Shown piece after piece: positions 38,641 through 47,542 of a stretch of 64,000 bases of DNA. Position 1 is the stretch's first letter. Each line of letters opens with the position of its first letter. The DNA lies in contig CAZWVL010000001.1 in the NCBI GenBank assembly GCA_964637115.1, forward strand, positions 1-64,000. Direction: 5' to 3'. The position numbers and the translations under genes were made by a program. This DNA is from an uncultured Methanosarcinales archaeon (lineage in GTDB: Archaea; Nanobdellota; Nanobdellia; Woesearchaeales; ARS49). The notes under the pieces were generated by a model, which did no database searches, was not told the DNA's origin, and was given only the letters and a program-made list of their open reading frames with translations.

Positions 38641-38663
38641 ACTTTGTAAAAAAAGGTGAATGA

Positions 38664-40520
38664 GTGAAGGCGGTAACCCTACTGATATTATTGTTGCTTG
38701 CGACAGCTGCACATGCAGCAAGTGTCACGTTAACGCCAGCAACAGTATACGAAACAACAAAAGCGTGGCAAACGCTAAGTGTTAACAATTACAAAGGCAG
38801 CTCCATAATTTCTAAAGTTACCGTAACATCTCCTGATTTGCTGATAACCGGGGCAGAGACTTATCTTGGCTGGACAACAACCCAAACAGCTTCTGTCGCA
38901 GAATGGAAAAACGGAAGCATTGGAAGCAACATTAAAGACGCAGCATTCGAATTTGAAGTAAGCGCTCCAACGGTAAGCGAAAATACGACTGCAGATGTAA
39001 CAGTATCGTTTGATTCTTCTAACAATGGAATGACTATCACCATACTTAATGATGCAACACCCCCAACAATCACAAACATAAAACCAAACGACTACGCAAA
39101 AGCAAACAATCCAGCACAGCCAGTTAGCGTTAACGTCACTGACGCTGAGACAAGCGTGTCAAGCGTTACTTATTCCTTCAACAATTGCCTTAGTGGAGCA
39201 GACACGAACGTTTCACTGACAAAAACAGGAGACCTGTATACAGGCACGGCAGACTTTACTGCATACGACGAAGGAATGAAAGCGTGCTACAAAATAATTG
39301 CGAAGAATGCTCCGGGAGAAGTTGCAACAGTAACAGGTGAATTATTATTTGACGGCACAGCACCAAGCGCTTCCATAATTTCACCAACAGGATTTGCCAC
39401 AGAAACAACAGACTTTGTCTTTAACGCAACAGACAACATTGCAACGACATTATCCTGCGAGCTAAAATTAGGCACGACAACACTTGACACAGTAAATGTT
39501 GCTAATGGCACAACAGTAACTGTAGGAAAAAACCTGAGCAGCTTTGACGAAGGCAGCCAGACGTGGACAGTAACGTGCACAGACGGAGTGGGATTGAGCG
39601 TGACGCGCGCGCAGGCAATATTACTTGACAAACTGCCCCCATCAATAACTCTCGAATACAACTCAATGGTTCCACGAACAACATCGAGCCAGTTCACAGC
39701 AACAGTGGTTGATACGGTTGGACTGGCAAGCGTAAACGCAACATTTGACGGAAATACAGCAATGTTAGCACAATCAGGCAACACGTTCACGGGCAGCTTC
39801 AGCTCAAACACGCTGGGAACGAAAACCTTGACTATTGAGGCAAAGGATGACGCAGGACACATTGCAATAAAGACAGTTGATGTCGTAATTGTGCCAAATC
39901 ACGTCCTCACACTCAGCTTATCGCCATCAAATGCGAACCCTGGAGAAACAATAACGGCATCAGGCACGCTAACTGCAGACGGTAATGTGTCTGTTAACAA
40001 AGTGATTGTGAAGAGTCCAAGCGGTGACGACATTGTTGACTTGAGCGGCAATGATTACTCAAGTACCTTTACTGCACCAAGTGCAGGAACTTACGTTATA
40101 ACAGCAGAGTTTACTGAAGGCGGATACACGTACAAAGCAAGTGCAACATTGACAGTGGCTGGAGCAGGACAACAACAAACATACTACCAAAACGGAATTG
40201 GCGCAGAAGCGTGGAGAACAAGCGGCTACGTCAAACCAGATGAAGAACCACAACAAAACCCTGACGGAAATGGCAACCAGCTGACAGAAGAGACTCCTCC
40301 ATCAGCAGCACCAGCAGAATACGAACCACTGCCACCAGAAGAACCACGCTCGGCTATCACGCCAAAAACAACAGGCGTCTTTGACCTAGGCGGAACAATC
40401 AAATGGCTGGCATTACTATTAGCACTCGCACTGTTGATTGGACTTGGCACTTATGCCTGGAACAAGCGCGGCAAAAAAGAAGACGGCATAGACTGGAACG
40501 GCTATTTCAAGCAAGACTAA
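38664..40520 (+). CDS. Large secreted Ig-like, Thr-rich surface protein with C-terminal TM anchor
   Basis: GTG start with AGGTGA RBS; signal peptide; repeated D.TPP.I beta-sandwich starts; Pro/Glu linker; C-terminal TM plus basic tail. Confidence 0.88.
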   Translation: MKAVTLLILLLLATAAHAASVTLTPATVYETTKAWQTLSVNNYKGSSIISKVTVTSPDLLITGAETYLGWTTTQTASVAEWKNGSIGSNIKDAAFEFEVSAPTVSENTTADVTVSFDSSNNGMTITILNDATPPTITNIKPNDYAKANNPAQPVSVNVTDAETSVSSVTYSFNNCLSGADTNVSLTKTGDLYTGTADFTAYDEGMKACYKIIAKNAPGEVATVTGELLFDGTAPSASIISPTGFATETTDFVFNATDNIATTLSCELKLGTTTLDTVNVANGTTVTVGKNLSSFDEGSQTWTVTCTDGVGLSVTRAQAILLDKLPPSITLEYNSMVPRTTSSQFTATVVDTVGLASVNATFDGNTAMLAQSGNTFTGSFSSNTLGTKTLTIEAKDDAGHIAIKTVDVVIVPNHVLTLSLSPSNANPGETITASGTLTADGNVSVNKVIVKSPSGDDIVDLSGNDYSSTFTAPSAGTYVITAEFTEGGYTYKASATLTVAGAGQQQTYYQNGIGAEAWRTSGYVKPDEEPQQNPDGNGNQLTEETPPSAAPAEYEPLPPEEPRSAITPKTTGVFDLGGTIKWLALLLALALLIGLGTYAWNKRGKKEDGIDWNGYFKQD

Positions 40521-41330
40521 ATGGTGCTGGAACAATTCCTTGACAGAAAGTTTGTTGTCCAGCATACCTTCTTCGTTTTTATTTTAAGCGCTTTGTACGT
40601 ATTTGTTGCATATGCAGTAGAGTACTTGTTCTTTCCCAATCAAGGGCTTGCAATAGTTCTTCTTGTTACTATATTGCTTGTTCCGAGCCTGCATCATCTT
40701 GTTGTCATAGAAGAAAAACTGGAAAGCAAAGGAGCATCACATTTCTGGAAAAGACACAAAACCATAATACAATGCTATGTAGGGGCATTTCTTGGCCTGC
40801 TGGTTGGATTTCTCATCCTGGGCTTTGTAAATCCATCAACACTTGATTTTCAAAGAATACAGCTTGAACAAGAACACCTGAAGCCGGAAATTATCTCAAC
40901 ATTCTTAGGCCAGCCATACGAGCCAGACATGGCAACAACTATCGCTTTATTTTCACACAACATAATGTATCTGCTGATAGGCTTTGTATTATCAATCTTT
41001 TATGGTGCGGGCGCGATATTTCTTGTAACGTATAACGCATCATTCTTTGCAGCATTTGTGATAGAGTTGTTTAGCAAATGGGCAGCTGCAGGACAACTTG
41101 CGGCTGTTTCACTTGTTCATTTGCTGCCTGAGAGTGCTGGGTACATTTTAACAGCGATTGCAGGAGCAGAAATATCACGCGCACTAATACACGAAAAAGT
41201 AACAGGAGACGCGTTCAGAAACGTGCTGAAGAACTGCTTCTTGCTGCTGGTATTTGCTGTTTTGTTTGTTCTTTTGGCAGCGTTCCTGGAAACGTATGTG
41301 ACTGCGACGTTTTTTCATAGTGTTATTTGA
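40521..41330 (+). CDS. Stage II sporulation protein M (SpoIIM/DUF95)-like membrane protein
   Basis: Multiple TMs; LFSHN and HLLPESAGYILTAIAG motifs. Confidence 0.8.
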   Translation: MVLEQFLDRKFVVQHTFFVFILSALYVFVAYAVEYLFFPNQGLAIVLLVTILLVPSLHHLVVIEEKLESKGASHFWKRHKTIIQCYVGAFLGLLVGFLILGFVNPSTLDFQRIQLEQEHLKPEIISTFLGQPYEPDMATTIALFSHNIMYLLIGFVLSIFYGAGAIFLVTYNASFFAAFVIELFSKWAAAGQLAAVSLVHLLPESAGYILTAIAGAEISRALIHEKVTGDAFRNVLKNCFLLLVFAVLFVLLAAFLETYVTATFFHSVI

Positions 41331-41457
41331 TAATTTCCGGGTTTTTTGATATTTTCTGTAAATCTTCCAGACACACTCGTAAAGTTTACAATTTCTTCGA
41401 CGAAAGAAACTTTAAGGAGTAAAACAAATAGAAAAATGCTGGCTAACGCCAGCAAAC

Positions 41458-41574
41458 GCCGGCGACGGTAAATCAGGTTTACCAGCAGCTTGAGCAGCTG
41501 TGACCCGTAAGGGTTTCGGGGTTCAAATACTTTTCGGTTGCTGGTCCGAAAGGTTGACAATCCCCGCGCCGGCG
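41458..41574 (+). tRNA. Atypical class II tRNA, anticodon read as GAG (Leu), Ser-like acceptor with G73, 33-nt intron at position 59/60 (41528-41560)
   Basis: GCCGGCG/CGCCGGC acceptor; GGTAAA/TTTACC D-stem; GCAGC-TTGAGCA-GCTGT; ACCC-GTAA-GGGT variable arm; CGGGG-TTCAAA^T-CCCCG T-arm with bulge-helix-bulge geometry. Confidence 0.85.
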
Positions 41575-41660
41575 CACATTTTAACACTGAAATAAAGCTT
41601 TGAATAAATGGGGGTTTGAACTGGAGGAAAGGGCGAGGTTTCCGAAAGATTTAAATACTA

Positions 41661-41682
41661 ATTGTCACTATAAAGTGACAAT
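41661..41682. promoter_or_regulatory. Perfect palindrome ATTGTCAC-TATAAA-GTGACAAT between the TATA box (41650-41657) and the start codon
   Basis: Seen directly; repressor-type position. Confidence 0.75.
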
Positions 41683-42828
41683 ATGGTGGTTTCACAAGGG
41701 TTGCTGGAACGTGTACAACAGCTAAAGCAGGAATATGGCATCGGCTCCAAACAGGCGTTTGAATATGTTTCTGCGATACAAAAATACGATGCTCTACTCA
41801 CCAAAGTGCAAACTTCTCAAATTAAACTTCAAACCTCTATGGACCAGCTCAATAGCTTGATGGGCATACGGAAACAGAAAAAAAACAGCACGCCGTCAGT
41901 CGACGAACTCATCAATGTCTGTGACACTTTCCGGCTCGTGTTCAGGGGCTTAGACGTGCGTGACGTGGCAGATTCGCCCAAAAAGGACTTCACGCACACA
42001 TTTGCGATCTTGCAATCCTGCTACAGCGGCACTCCTGCATATCACGTGCTAGACACGCCTGCGCTTGATTCTTTTCTTACGGAGCAAATGCATAAAGCGT
42101 GCGCGGCAGACCCTGCCCAGCGCAACAAACTCATCAACATCACAAAAAATCTGTATGAGCTCGTGGTTTACAACTATTTCATTGAAGAAAGACGTCAGCC
42201 GGTCACTGAAGAAAAACAACTCCGTGGTGTTGCTAAAGCAATCACTACGTCTTTTGACGTGAATCCACGTAGCCTGCATAGAAGGCTAAGAAATCTGGAT
42301 TCCCTGCGCGCCATTGACTCGCTTTCGCTGAAAGACACGCTATACGGAATGCACGGTCATCTGATCGAGCTTGAAGGCATTCCTGGGGACCGGCTTTCGT
42401 GCTACGCGCGCGGAGTACTTGAACAGACCTTGCACTCCGTTGATACCGAACGGCGCATTGCACTGCAGTATATCCGTTCCACGACAGACACTACGCTTCC
42501 GAAAGACGTGCGTATTTCTAATGCGCTTAAGGAACTTGGCAAGGAACTGCGCCTAAGTAGGGTGCCGACTTTTGACCTCATGGATGGTGATGCGTCTGAG
42601 CCTGACTTTGATGAAGGTGTTGCGTTTTGTGCGGGCCGCAAGAAAGCAGATGAACTAGAGAGTTTCAAGCCTGTGCCTGTCGTAAAACGCTCAGCCGAAA
42701 GCATTTATCCTCTTCTTCGTGGAACAGCCACACGCCAAGAAGCACGGGACTACCGCGCGAATGAAGCGACGTACACCACGCGCGCAATTCTTGAAAATGC
42801 AAACTGGTTAAAAAAAATACTCTCTTGA
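41683..42828 (+). CDS. Hypothetical protein
   Basis: 381-aa ORF with TTTAAATA box 25 bp upstream; no motif recognised. Confidence 0.75.
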   Translation: MVVSQGLLERVQQLKQEYGIGSKQAFEYVSAIQKYDALLTKVQTSQIKLQTSMDQLNSLMGIRKQKKNSTPSVDELINVCDTFRLVFRGLDVRDVADSPKKDFTHTFAILQSCYSGTPAYHVLDTPALDSFLTEQMHKACAADPAQRNKLINITKNLYELVVYNYFIEERRQPVTEEKQLRGVAKAITTSFDVNPRSLHRRLRNLDSLRAIDSLSLKDTLYGMHGHLIELEGIPGDRLSCYARGVLEQTLHSVDTERRIALQYIRSTTDTTLPKDVRISNALKELGKELRLSRVPTFDLMDGDASEPDFDEGVAFCAGRKKADELESFKPVPVVKRSAESIYPLLRGTATRQEARDYRANEATYTTRAILENANWLKKILS

Positions 42829-42845
42829 GCTTGCCAATAGTAAAA

Positions 42846-45203
42846 CTATTTCTCGGTTAGTAATTTATCGTACAATGATTTTGAGACTCCCTTTTTGAGT
42901 TCTTTATCAAGTTGTTCCATGAATTGTTCCCGTTGAGAAGGCGGTGGAAGTCGCATCCGTAATTTAAATTCATCCTCATCCATCCTTCCAGCCTCATACT
43001 GCTTAGTTACCTCAGCAACATACTTGTCTTCTGCAATCCGATTTCTTTTCTTATCAACTTCACGTTTCACATCCTTATTTTTAAGAATGCTTTGTTCGCT
43101 GTCAAACGCGTCTTGTGCATTTGCTTTTGTGTATTCTGTCAAGTCCTTGTAAGTTTTTTCATCAAGTGGAATCTTTCTCAATATGGCATCATCAGGAGTT
43201 TCCAATATTTTTTCAATGCTCGTCATCATTTTTTTCCATTCAATTCCCGTCTCGGGTGTAATATCCTCTTCGCTTCCAGAAAAAATGTCAATTTCGTCCA
43301 GGACACACGCACGGCACACGCGCCTATATGCTTTAACACGCGCGTCGATATCGCGCACGCCCTGCATCGTACGCTGTTCTTTATACATATTATACTCTTT
43401 CGTTACTCGTGCGTGTTCCTTCTGCGTATCAACCTCGTACAAACGTTCCACTGCCAAGGCCAATGCTTTTTCTGCTTTAGCAAAATCTTTTTCCTTATAT
43501 GCTCCCATTGCTTCAACAATCTTCTCGTATGCGCTGGCTTTTTTGGCTGCATAATCATTCTTTGTTTCAAACTCTTTCACCAAAACATCCAGCTCGCGTC
43601 TCTTTTCCTCACTTTTCTTTTCTTGGCTGAAATCATCTTTCTTCCAATCCTCAGCCAATTTCAATGCTTTATTGTAACTTTCAAAGACGCTGCTGATAGT
43701 TTTCTGATGATTGGCCAATGTAGCAATGTCCACGCTGTTACGCGACATTTCAATAAGGCTCTTCTGCCTCAGAGTTTCGTATGACTTATTCGCTGCTGCT
43801 CTTATTGCATCTGCGGTAGACACGCTGGAATTTATCTCTGCAATATAATTTTCAACACGCACATTGCGTATACGTTCAGGCTCTTTGGCTTTATGCAATG
43901 ACGTGGCAAGCGCAACAAGTGCGCCAGAAACCGCTGCAGTTGCCAACCATTTCAGACCCTGCTTTCTCAACCTTCTTGTAGTAGGCACAATGAATGACGT
44001 TATTGGGCGTGCTTTAATGCGCCTGCCATCCATCCAGCGCTTCAAATCATCATAAAATGCATTTGCAGACTCATAACGCTTATCGGGATCCTTTGCAGTA
44101 GCCTTGTGAACAATTGCTGCCAGATTCCTGTCAACCTTTTTGTTAAGAAGACGGATGTTTGTTGGGATTCCATTAAGAATAGTTGCGGCACGTTCAGCAA
44201 AGCTTTGGCCTTGGAAGTTATGCACGTATTCCCCTGCCAACATATGATACAATGTTGCACCAATACCAAACACGTCAGTTCGTACATCAACAGGATCAGT
44301 GCCGCTTACTTGTTCAGGCGCCATGTAAGCAAGCGTGCCGACGGTCATTGTACTTTCCTGCTTCTTAATCAGCATTGCAAGACCATAATCAGCCAGCGTC
44401 GCCTTATCTTTATTCTTTTCTTTATCTTTATACATGATATTTCCTGGTTTGATGTCCCTGTGCAGAATTCCTTTATCATGTGCGATTTCAAGCTGCTCTG
44501 CAACTTGAATCACCGTGTTTACGAAATAATCTATGTCAGCTTGGTTGCAGATATACTCTATCTTAGGCTCCCCAGCCGGTACTTCTTCCTTTTTTACAAT
44601 CTTCGTGAGATTTCTCCAAATGCCTGAAGAGGTGGGCACTCCGAACTGCTTATCCATCCGATTTTTAGCTGAGCCGCCTTCAAGCAATTCCATTGCGATA
44701 AACATGTTTCCCTTCCATTCAGAAAAGTCATAAACTTGGAGTATGTTTCTTCCTTGAAGGTTCGCAAGTGAAGTTGCTTCAGTCTCAAATTGCTCAAGTT
44801 CTATAGGAGACGCATTGGTGTTCTTCAAAAACTTCAATGCCACCTGCCGTTTTAATTTAATATGCCGTGCACGGTAAATAATTCCGCTCGCTCCTTCTCC
44901 AATATAAGTTGTATTGGACTCCTTGTCCGGGTTTTCTTCAATTTGATACGCGTCAACCCTGTCGCCCACTTTCAATTTCTGCAAGTCAACCGGCGGATTA
45001 ATCTGTTCTGCAGCACCAACAACAAGCGTCTCCAAGGGCCCGGCACCTTGCGCTTCAGGCGTTGGTTTCGGTGGCTTGGGACCGATGGATGCGTCAAGCA
45101 ACGATTCATCTATATTTTTCAGGAAGTCTGGGAGGCTGCTTTCTTGACCTGCATTCTGGCCTTCTTCTTGAGGCCCGTCAGTCGAATCCTTATCATCCGG
45201 CAT
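42846..45203 (-). CDS. Hanks-type Ser/Thr protein kinase with TM helix and long C-terminal helical region
   Basis: IGEGASG, VALK, HRDIKPGN, DYG, GTLAYMAPEQ, TDVFGIG, PDKRY; TM WLATAAVSGALVALA. Confidence 0.95.
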   Translation of the reverse strand: MPDDKDSTDGPQEEGQNAGQESSLPDFLKNIDESLLDASIGPKPPKPTPEAQGAGPLETLVVGAAEQINPPVDLQKLKVGDRVDAYQIEENPDKESNTTYIGEGASGIIYRARHIKLKRQVALKFLKNTNASPIELEQFETEATSLANLQGRNILQVYDFSEWKGNMFIAMELLEGGSAKNRMDKQFGVPTSSGIWRNLTKIVKKEEVPAGEPKIEYICNQADIDYFVNTVIQVAEQLEIAHDKGILHRDIKPGNIMYKDKEKNKDKATLADYGLAMLIKKQESTMTVGTLAYMAPEQVSGTDPVDVRTDVFGIGATLYHMLAGEYVHNFQGQSFAERAATILNGIPTNIRLLNKKVDRNLAAIVHKATAKDPDKRYESANAFYDDLKRWMDGRRIKARPITSFIVPTTRRLRKQGLKWLATAAVSGALVALATSLHKAKEPERIRNVRVENYIAEINSSVSTADAIRAAANKSYETLRQKSLIEMSRNSVDIATLANHQKTISSVFESYNKALKLAEDWKKDDFSQEKKSEEKRRELDVLVKEFETKNDYAAKKASAYEKIVEAMGAYKEKDFAKAEKALALAVERLYEVDTQKEHARVTKEYNMYKEQRTMQGVRDIDARVKAYRRVCRACVLDEIDIFSGSEEDITPETGIEWKKMMTSIEKILETPDDAILRKIPLDEKTYKDLTEYTKANAQDAFDSEQSILKNKDVKREVDKKRNRIAEDKYVAEVTKQYEAGRMDEDEFKLRMRLPPPSQREQFMEQLDKELKKGVSKSLYDKLLTEK

Positions 45204-45256
45204 ATTTACTTAAGAGCAGCTATCGTATAAAAAGGTTACTTAACAGAGCAGAAATA

Positions 45257-45276
45257 CACCTACTCTTCAGTGGTTA
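45257..45276. promoter_or_regulatory. Palindromic motif copy CACCTAC-TCTTCA-GTGGTTA, 12 bp upstream of TATA 45289-45296
   Basis: Seen directly; degenerate left half. Confidence 0.45.
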
Positions 45277-45318
45277 TAGTTCGGAAGCTTTATATAATGA
45301 GAGCATCTGAAAAAAAGC

Positions 45319-46113
45319 ATGATAAAGTATCTGAGACAGGCCTATTCAATAGCCAGACCATTGGTCATGACAGGAATTCTTGCAATAACCGGCTGTGCAG
45401 ATACAATAACAAGGACAGAATACGAAGCAGCGAGAAAAAAAGATGAAGAAACAGCACAAATGATCCGCGAACAGCTTACCGCTGCCGACAGCCGGTACGA
45501 AAAAGCATTAACTGACCTCAAAAAACTTGTCACAGAACGCACAAGCATACCTGAGCTCATGCCACTCGTTGGGAAAGCAAAGGCAGACATTCTTGAACAA
45601 CTTCAAAAAGACTACAACGATCTCACTGAAAAATTAAAGACAGAGGGAGAAAAGCTTGAACGCACCCGCAGAACAACAGTTTCTGACTTGGAACAACAAA
45701 AAAGATGGTTCGAGCAAACTGCAAAACCAGCGATCGGCAATCCTGAAAGTGCTGAAAAGCCAGCAGATGGCGTTTACAAAGACAGGATAAGAATAGACAA
45801 CCACGACACACGCCTTGCAAACCAAAAAAAAGCATTTCACGATCTCGAGCAGAATCTCGTCTACCATCGCACTGTCCAGGAATGGAGCTACTCCATATAT
45901 GTTGAATTCCGCAACAACATCGAACTAAGCGCAGAAGACCTCCAGAAAAAAATTGAAGCGTTAAACTCAGCAAAACCAGAAGAACGCGCAACAGCGCTGG
46001 AAACATTTGAACGGGATGTGGCGATTTTTGAAAAAAAGATTGAGAATCTATACCAGCAACAAAAGGAAAAGCGGAAAAAAGTGCCGCCAAGGCCTGGGGA
46101 AAAAAATGATTGA
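45319..46113 (+). CDS. Coiled-coil lipoprotein-like protein
   Basis: Lipobox ILAITG-C; heptad-rich. Confidence 0.8.
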   Translation: MIKYLRQAYSIARPLVMTGILAITGCADTITRTEYEAARKKDEETAQMIREQLTAADSRYEKALTDLKKLVTERTSIPELMPLVGKAKADILEQLQKDYNDLTEKLKTEGEKLERTRRTTVSDLEQQKRWFEQTAKPAIGNPESAEKPADGVYKDRIRIDNHDTRLANQKKAFHDLEQNLVYHRTVQEWSYSIYVEFRNNIELSAEDLQKKIEALNSAKPEERATALETFERDVAIFEKKIENLYQQQKEKRKKVPPRPGEKND

Positions 46114-47515
46114 CAAAATATTACGCAGATTACTTTTCTTGGGCGCTCTCGCCACAGCAGGATGCGCAAGCACTGTCAAAGAAGAAGAATTTCTCGCATA
46201 CACGGCAAAATCTGAAATGACTGCAAAGTCACTAAGAGAAGATATAGCCACGGCGCAGAAAAAAACAATGGAAGTAAACGCGCGCTATGACATTCTGCTT
46301 AAAAGCATTGAAGACTTAAACGCGCGAATGTCAGTTTCTTCAATTGACAGTTACGCAGTAGGACTGGAAGAACAGGCAACAAAACAAGCGCGACAATATG
46401 CGCAATTAGTGCGTTCCATCGTAGCACTGCAAAAAAAAGGATGGGAGCTTGGTGACACAACGACTAAGGGAATTAACCAGTTACGTGCAGATTCAACATC
46501 AACTGATAACTCGCTCGACGCAAAAATCTTAGAGCTGAAAAAATTACATGAAGATGCCATAAAAGCATATGAAACGTTCAAAAAAGATGATTATGCAGAC
46601 TTCAAAGATCGAAACTTGCGAGAAACTTCAGCACAAAGGCAAAAAATAGAAACCTTTGAGACCGGCTTGAGAAATCTTTCACGTGTCATTGCGCTCCTGG
46701 AAAAACGCCCAGATCATCCAAAAGCATTGGAACAAGACGGAGAAGGGGCAACGGAATTTGCGTGCGCTGAACTGCACAGACAAATGTTGGGATTCAAGGC
46801 AGCTTCAATAGAACCAACAGCAGATTATGCAACACGCGAAGATATCTCACGCATACTGGTTACACCAGTGAACGCAGAACTTGTAGAACGCGTCCTTGGA
46901 AATATGGCTGTTGGCAATCTGGACCTTGACAGCAAAATAGAACTCTACTCAAAAGCCATAGATGTTTTATCCAATGATTATTCATATCGCGAACGACTTT
47001 ATGGCGTTGCTAATAATAGAAGTGCAATGCTGGCTGTACTAGACGAACTCATCATTCTAAAATTAAAATTACTCGTTGGCCAGGAAGAGTCCACTGTAAT
47101 GAATTATGTTAACGGTTATGCCAAATTTCCTTTCATAAGCAGGCAAAGAAACGACAACCGTGTTCTGCTGGACCTTTTCAGCGGTTTGGGAAGGAAAGGT
47201 GCGGACCTTGGAGAAGTGCTCCTCACCTTCAACGACGGAAAACTTGCCATAGTACAAACCGGGCCAGATGGAAGCTATGTAGCGCTGCTTCAATCGCCAC
47301 AAGAAACTTTCAGACAACAAGTTGTACTAACAAACAATAGTGAAACCGATGCGCACAACCAGCTATTATTCGAGCGTGACAAAAAGACATACATAAACGA
47401 AAAAGAAGAACTCAAGCGTTCTTATACTGATTTAGAACTGCAGCAGCAAACTGACATTCTCCGCAAAAAATACGAGCACTTGTTTGAACCTTTAAATAAA
47501 CAATTAAACAAATAG
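46106..47515 (+). CDS. Coiled-coil lipoprotein-like protein
   Basis: Lipobox ALATAG-C; start moved to ATG 46106, overlapping the upstream stop. Confidence 0.8.
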   Translation: MIDKILRRLLFLGALATAGCASTVKEEEFLAYTAKSEMTAKSLREDIATAQKKTMEVNARYDILLKSIEDLNARMSVSSIDSYAVGLEEQATKQARQYAQLVRSIVALQKKGWELGDTTTKGINQLRADSTSTDNSLDAKILELKKLHEDAIKAYETFKKDDYADFKDRNLRETSAQRQKIETFETGLRNLSRVIALLEKRPDHPKALEQDGEGATEFACAELHRQMLGFKAASIEPTADYATREDISRILVTPVNAELVERVLGNMAVGNLDLDSKIELYSKAIDVLSNDYSYRERLYGVANNRSAMLAVLDELIILKLKLLVGQEESTVMNYVNGYAKFPFISRQRNDNRVLLDLFSGLGRKGADLGEVLLTFNDGKLAIVQTGPDGSYVALLQSPQETFRQQVVLTNNSETDAHNQLLFERDKKTYINEKEELKRSYTDLELQQQTDILRKKYEHLFEPLNKQLNK

Positions 47516-47542
47516 GCGTTTGAAGGAGAAGGTTTGTTATTC

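Noticed and set aside
41492-41494. Genome-wide reassignment of CUU/CUC codons to Ser by the atypical tRNA
   Set aside because: CTT and CTC occupy conserved Leu positions in the DEAD-box helicase motifs
41458-41574. Calling the atypical tRNA a selenocysteine tRNA
   Set aside because: Anticodon is not TCA and the acceptor/T stems fold 7/5, not 9/4
41575-47540. Integrated element at the tRNA 3' end
   Set aside because: No integrase and no duplicated tRNA 3' end (att site) found downstream
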